A stretch of 64,000 nt of DNA from Macrostomum lignano (taxonomy: Eukaryota). The notes under the pieces are model-generated. The model was not told the origin of the DNA and did no database searches. It saw only the letters and a program-made list of their open reading frames with translations. Shown here piece after piece: positions 60,072 through 64,000 of the stretch. Where the stretch lies: NCBI GenBank assembly GCA_002269645.1, contig NIVC01000640.1, forward strand, positions 248,001-312,000, read 5' to 3'. Made by a program: the position numbers and the translations under genes. Numbering within the stretch: position 1 is the stretch's first letter; each line of letters starts with the position of its first letter.

Positions 60072-61508
60072 ATGTCGGAACACACAGAGGAAATGGATGA
60101 AGCGACAATGTTAATCCGGCAAGAGAGACCCGCAGCTACTGCCTACACCGGACGCATCAAGCTGCTAAATTTAGCGCTTCTTTTAATCATCTGCGCGCTG
60201 GAACGGTGCACATTCTACGAATACGTCGCCGATGTGATGAACAGCCGGCCAAATCACTCGCAGGCGCTGGACTACTGCGGCATCCTTGGGGATAATAACT
60301 ACAACATAGAAAATCTGTTTGAAAGCTGGAAGGATCAAGCGCTACTAGGACTGGCCTTCCTACTGCCAGTGCTAGGTGGAGTAGCTGCTGACTGGCACTG
60401 CGGATGCCTGCGTGTGCTGCAGACTGGCTTCACCGTGTACTCGCTGGGCGCTATGCTCATCGTAAGCATGATCTACGTGCCCTCCGCCTGCAACGCCACG
60501 TGCAAGTTCATTTGTCAGGCGGCCCTGGCTCTGGGCTCCGGCCTAGTCCGGCCCAGTCTGATGACTTTAACCTACGAAATAGGTCAGCCAATGATAGGCA
60601 CAATCGGAGTTTGTCATCTGTACTACGCTTTTGAAGCCATCGGCGAAGTGACTGGCTGCTTTTTGGCGTACGCTACTGACCTCAGAGAGGAGCCGTTGAC
60701 CCTGTCATGCGTGTGCAGCACGTACACCATGATTTGTCTGACCATCGCCCTGACGCACACGGTGCGCGCGGGCTGGAATCCCGGCCTAGTTCGCCTGCCC
60801 TATTGGCCGCGAACTCGGCGCATCCTCATCGTGATCTGGCCGATCATTCTGTCATCCTGCGTCCTCATGCTGAACTCGTTCACTATCAATGGCTGGGAGA
60901 TGACCCATCTAGCTAAGCAGAAAACTCTACAGGACCTGATGACGAATCGCGACCTGCTGTTGTTGGTCTGGTCAGTCAGTCTGCTTCTATTCGTGGCCGC
61001 TCAGGCACTGGCAGTTCGGTACAGTCGAACTTTCAAGTCGCGCTTCTTTCGCATTGCTCTGGGCATCGCAGTTGCAGCCGGGAACATGTTCATCGAATCC
61101 GGTATTTTCTTCTACATAAAATCGGTAGAAAAAAGTCGCACAAATCCACCAGATATACGAACGCTGCGGTACATCTTTGGCAGTCAGAGCGTCATCGGTG
61201 CTGCATCCGAGGCGCTGATGTTTGTATCTGTCAACGAAATCGCCTTCAAAATTGCGCCGGCCGAAATTCGAACTTTTATGATTGGACTTTTCATGTCTTT
61301 GAGAGGCTCTGGGTTCTTCACTACCGTCATCATACTTCTGGGTTACCAAGCTGCAACGAACGAGCAGGAAATATTTCACGGTCTGGGGACCGCCTACATG
61401 CGCCTTGCTCTGGGCATCGCTCTGCTGCTGGCGCTGCTGTTTTTCAAATTCTCGTCAAAAAATGCTCTGCGATTCCTGGTGAACATCCAGGCCGCCTCCA
61501 ATCGTTGA
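60072..61508 (+). CDS. Divergent POT/PTR2 (SLC15-like) oligopeptide transporter, MFS fold, 478 aa, intronless
   Basis: LERCTFY (ExxER-like), GGVAADWHCG...YSLG, ALGSGLVRP, SEALMFVSVNEIAFKIAP...GLF; about 11-12 hydrophobic segments. Confidence 0.82.
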   Translation: MSEHTEEMDEATMLIRQERPAATAYTGRIKLLNLALLLIICALERCTFYEYVADVMNSRPNHSQALDYCGILGDNNYNIENLFESWKDQALLGLAFLLPVLGGVAADWHCGCLRVLQTGFTVYSLGAMLIVSMIYVPSACNATCKFICQAALALGSGLVRPSLMTLTYEIGQPMIGTIGVCHLYYAFEAIGEVTGCFLAYATDLREEPLTLSCVCSTYTMICLTIALTHTVRAGWNPGLVRLPYWPRTRRILIVIWPIILSSCVLMLNSFTINGWEMTHLAKQKTLQDLMTNRDLLLLVWSVSLLLFVAAQALAVRYSRTFKSRFFRIALGIAVAAGNMFIESGIFFYIKSVEKSRTNPPDIRTLRYIFGSQSVIGAASEALMFVSVNEIAFKIAPAEIRTFMIGLFMSLRGSGFFTTVIILLGYQAATNEQEIFHGLGTAYMRLALGIALLLALLFFKFSSKNALRFLVNIQAASNR

Positions 61509-62364
61509 TTATGCTTCGTTTGGCCTACTATGAGTAGTATAGTTTAACTCTTGCTAAACTAGCTAGTATTTGCACTATCTGACAGCGATTTGCAAAATGC
61601 AATACTAATAGTGGGCCTAAATAATGTTCCTACTTAATACTTAATACTTAATGTTCCTACTAATTAATTCCTACCAATAATCTTATTAAATAATCGCGTA
61701 AAATAACGAGCTGAAGGCCCAAAAAATTATTGCGTCAATCTTGAAAAATCCACGGTTTGCATGCATTACCCGCGATGTCTCTTGTCTAGGTAATTTTCTA
61801 GCTAACGTTCCCAATAAATATAAATTTAAGGACGTTGCTGGGCTGTTTACTGGTGAGAGATCATTTGCTACCACGAGTTTCAAGTTCAGTTCTGTTGCAA
61901 ACGCCAAATTTTAATCAACAGGTAGAACGAAATTGAGGTTGTACAACATGTACTGCGTCAATTCCGAAATTCTGAGTCAAAGCTTGTCCAATCCTCAGAT
62001 AAGCCAAGCCAGTGGACACAATGCGTTGAGCGTGCCAGTTTTGACAAAGTGGTGAGAAACAGGGCTTGAATCTCCGGCTCAAACTGGTTCCTAATCTCCG
62101 GCCTTGGCCGCTCGCTTCCAATTCGTCGCTTGAACACTGCTGGATTTAAAGTCGCGCTGGGTCGGCACCAATCTTTTCCGCAACTGTTGCTTCGTTTATT
62201 AATTAATGTCGAGAAAATATACTAGTACTGTTGCCGCTGGTGACTTTCGAAAATAGGTGAGATTTACTGTTTGATGCTTTCTTGTGGGGCTTGAAATAGT
62301 TGTCTGCTATGCTTTATTCTTAGTAACATACGCATCACGACCATCTACCCCAGTTTGCCCCCAC

Positions 62365-63190
62365 TACTTCCTGCTAGCCGTATAGGTCCTCAATCCTGCT
62401 ACTTCCTGCTACCCGTATGGGTCCTCAATCTTGCTACTTCCTGCTACCCGTATGGGTCCTCAATCTTGCTACTTCCTGCTAGCCGTATGGTTCCTCAATC
62501 CTGCTACTTCCTGCTACCCGTATGGGTCCTCAATCCTGCTACTTCCTGCTAGCCGTATGGTTCCTCAATCCTGCTACTTCCTGCTACCCATATGTTCCCT
62601 CAATCCTGCTACTTCCTGCTACCCGTATGGGTCCTCAATCCTGCTACTTCCTGCTAGCCGTAAGGTTCCTCAATCCTGCTACTTCCTGCTACCCATATTT
62701 TCCCTCAATCCTGCTACTTCCTACTACCCATATGTTCCCTCAATCCTGCTACTTCCTACTACCCATATGTTCCCTCAATCCTGCTACTTCCTACTACCCA
62801 TATGTTCCCTCAATCCTGCTACTTCCTGCTACCCATATGTTCCCCCAATCCTGCTACTTCCTGCTACCCGTATGGGTCCTCAATCCTGCTACTTCCTGCT
62901 ACCCATATGTTCCCTCAATCCTGCTACTTCCTGCTACCCATATGTTCCCCCAATCCTGCTACTTCCTGCTACCCGTATGGGTCCTCAATCCTGCTACTTC
63001 CTGCTACCTGTATGGGTCCTCAATCCTGCTACTTCCTGCTACCTGTATGGGTCCTCAATCCTGCTACTTCCTGCTACCTGTATGGGTCCTCAATCCTGCT
63101 ACTACCTGCTACCTGTGTGGGTCCTCAATCCTGCTACTTCCTGCTACCCGTATGGGTCCTCAATCCTGCTATTCCTGCTACCTGTATGGG
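62365..63190. repeat. 35-bp minisatellite CCTCAATCCTGCTACTTCCTGCTACCCGTATGGGT, about 23 copies
   Basis: Direct tandem repetition. Confidence 0.95.
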
Positions 63191-63284
63191 TCGTCAATGC
63201 TCCCCGTTAATTCCCCTTCCTGTGTGACTGTGTGACTCCCTACCAATCCTGCTACCTGGGTCATCAATCTTCCTCACAATGTAC

Positions 63285-63524
63285 CTGGGTCGTCAATCCA
63301 TAACAAAAGGGGATGAACCAGCAAGTGTAAGCTGTCAAGAATTGTCTGTTTTGCGCCTGGTTCTAACCTGCCCTGGAAGGAAACCCATGTCTTCTGGTGC
63401 ACTGCATGTAGATTGGCAGCACAGCCCAGATAACACAGTACCTTTTCACCTTGTGCACTATACTGAGTTCGTGCCAAAACGGACTTTACACAGATACAGG
63501 TTGGTTTGCCTTCTGTAATCTCGG
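63285..63524 (-). CDS. Candidate symmetric internal exon (240 nt, phase 1/1) of an unidentified gene
   Basis: ttctctatag| acceptor and cag|gtacat donor flank an open 80-codon frame (AEITEGKPTCICVKSVLART...LLLWIDDP); no family recognised. Confidence 0.35.
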
Positions 63525-64000
63525 CTATAGAGAACTTCTATAGGGACAATAATACTCGTAGCTGATTAAAGTCCGAACAACATAAGAGAAATGCACACGA
63601 AAAACCAGCTTTGCTTAAAATTATCAGCCGGGAGCCAGATAGAAAAGAATTGTTTTTTTATTTCTTTCCAAAGGCACAACCCCCCCCCCAGTCCCCACAA
63701 ACAAGGCACTCGGTGGTGACAGCTTGCACTTTTTATTGATAGATTGAACATTCACTTTTCTGTCAGTCAGTCAGAGAGGGGGAGAGGGGGACATAAATAA
63801 TCCTAGCATTGATATCTAAACTACTCTACTATAAGTAAACTAACTGGAGTAAAAGCCACCACTTATCCGGATATTATTAACAGATTTAAAACATATCTAC
63901 AATAATTAGCAAAGCGGCATTGAGGTAATGACAAAGCGACAGTCGGGCAAGGAACAGTCACTGCCGGCTGTGAAAGACGAGGATGAAGCGTCACAATTTG

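Noticed and set aside
62431-63235. Long ORFs (259 and 237 aa)
   Set aside because: Translations of the 35-bp tandem repeat
63928-64000. ATG-initiated frame MTKRQSGKEQ... running off the window
   Set aside because: Only 24 codons are visible, so it cannot be supported

Overview
This is eukaryotic (animal) genomic DNA, not prokaryotic: GC-rich exons with GT-AG introns, AT-rich intergenic DNA, many minisatellites and nested DNA transposons. The style resembles the flatworm Macrostomum, but that is inference only. Protein-coding genes supported by manual splicing are: the last two exons of an LRP2BP-like Sel1-repeat gene (+); an intronless secreted Cu/Zn SOD (+); an 8-exon, ~1322-aa type I membrane protein with two tandem catalytically dead carboxylesterase/cholinesterase-like domains, a mucin stalk and a TM helix (-); SPRYD7 (2 exons, -), whose 5.3-kb intron holds an antisense, intact CIDE-N-like/SAMD3-like ORF and a CACTA-type right end; two ZMIZ (SP-RING) paralogs ~10 kb apart (-); an RWD + RING-H2 (RNF25-like) ligase with an RGG-rich tail (3 exons, -); and a divergent POT/SLC15 transporter (+). 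Mobile DNA includes a mariner relic split by two MITEs, a P-element/THAP relic, P-like foldback MITEs, a young MITE family with 8-bp target-site duplications (TSDs), a Harbinger MITE, non-autonomous Helitrons and a 5'-truncated LINE. The most notable observations are the double pseudo-esterase receptor, minisatellites apparently seeded from splice-junction sequence, the transposon-borne CIDE-N-like gene, a gene-conversion boundary between the ZMIZ copies, and a nested old/young TE pair differing almost only by CpG>TpG/CpA. All coordinates and translations were read by eye; no database searches were run.
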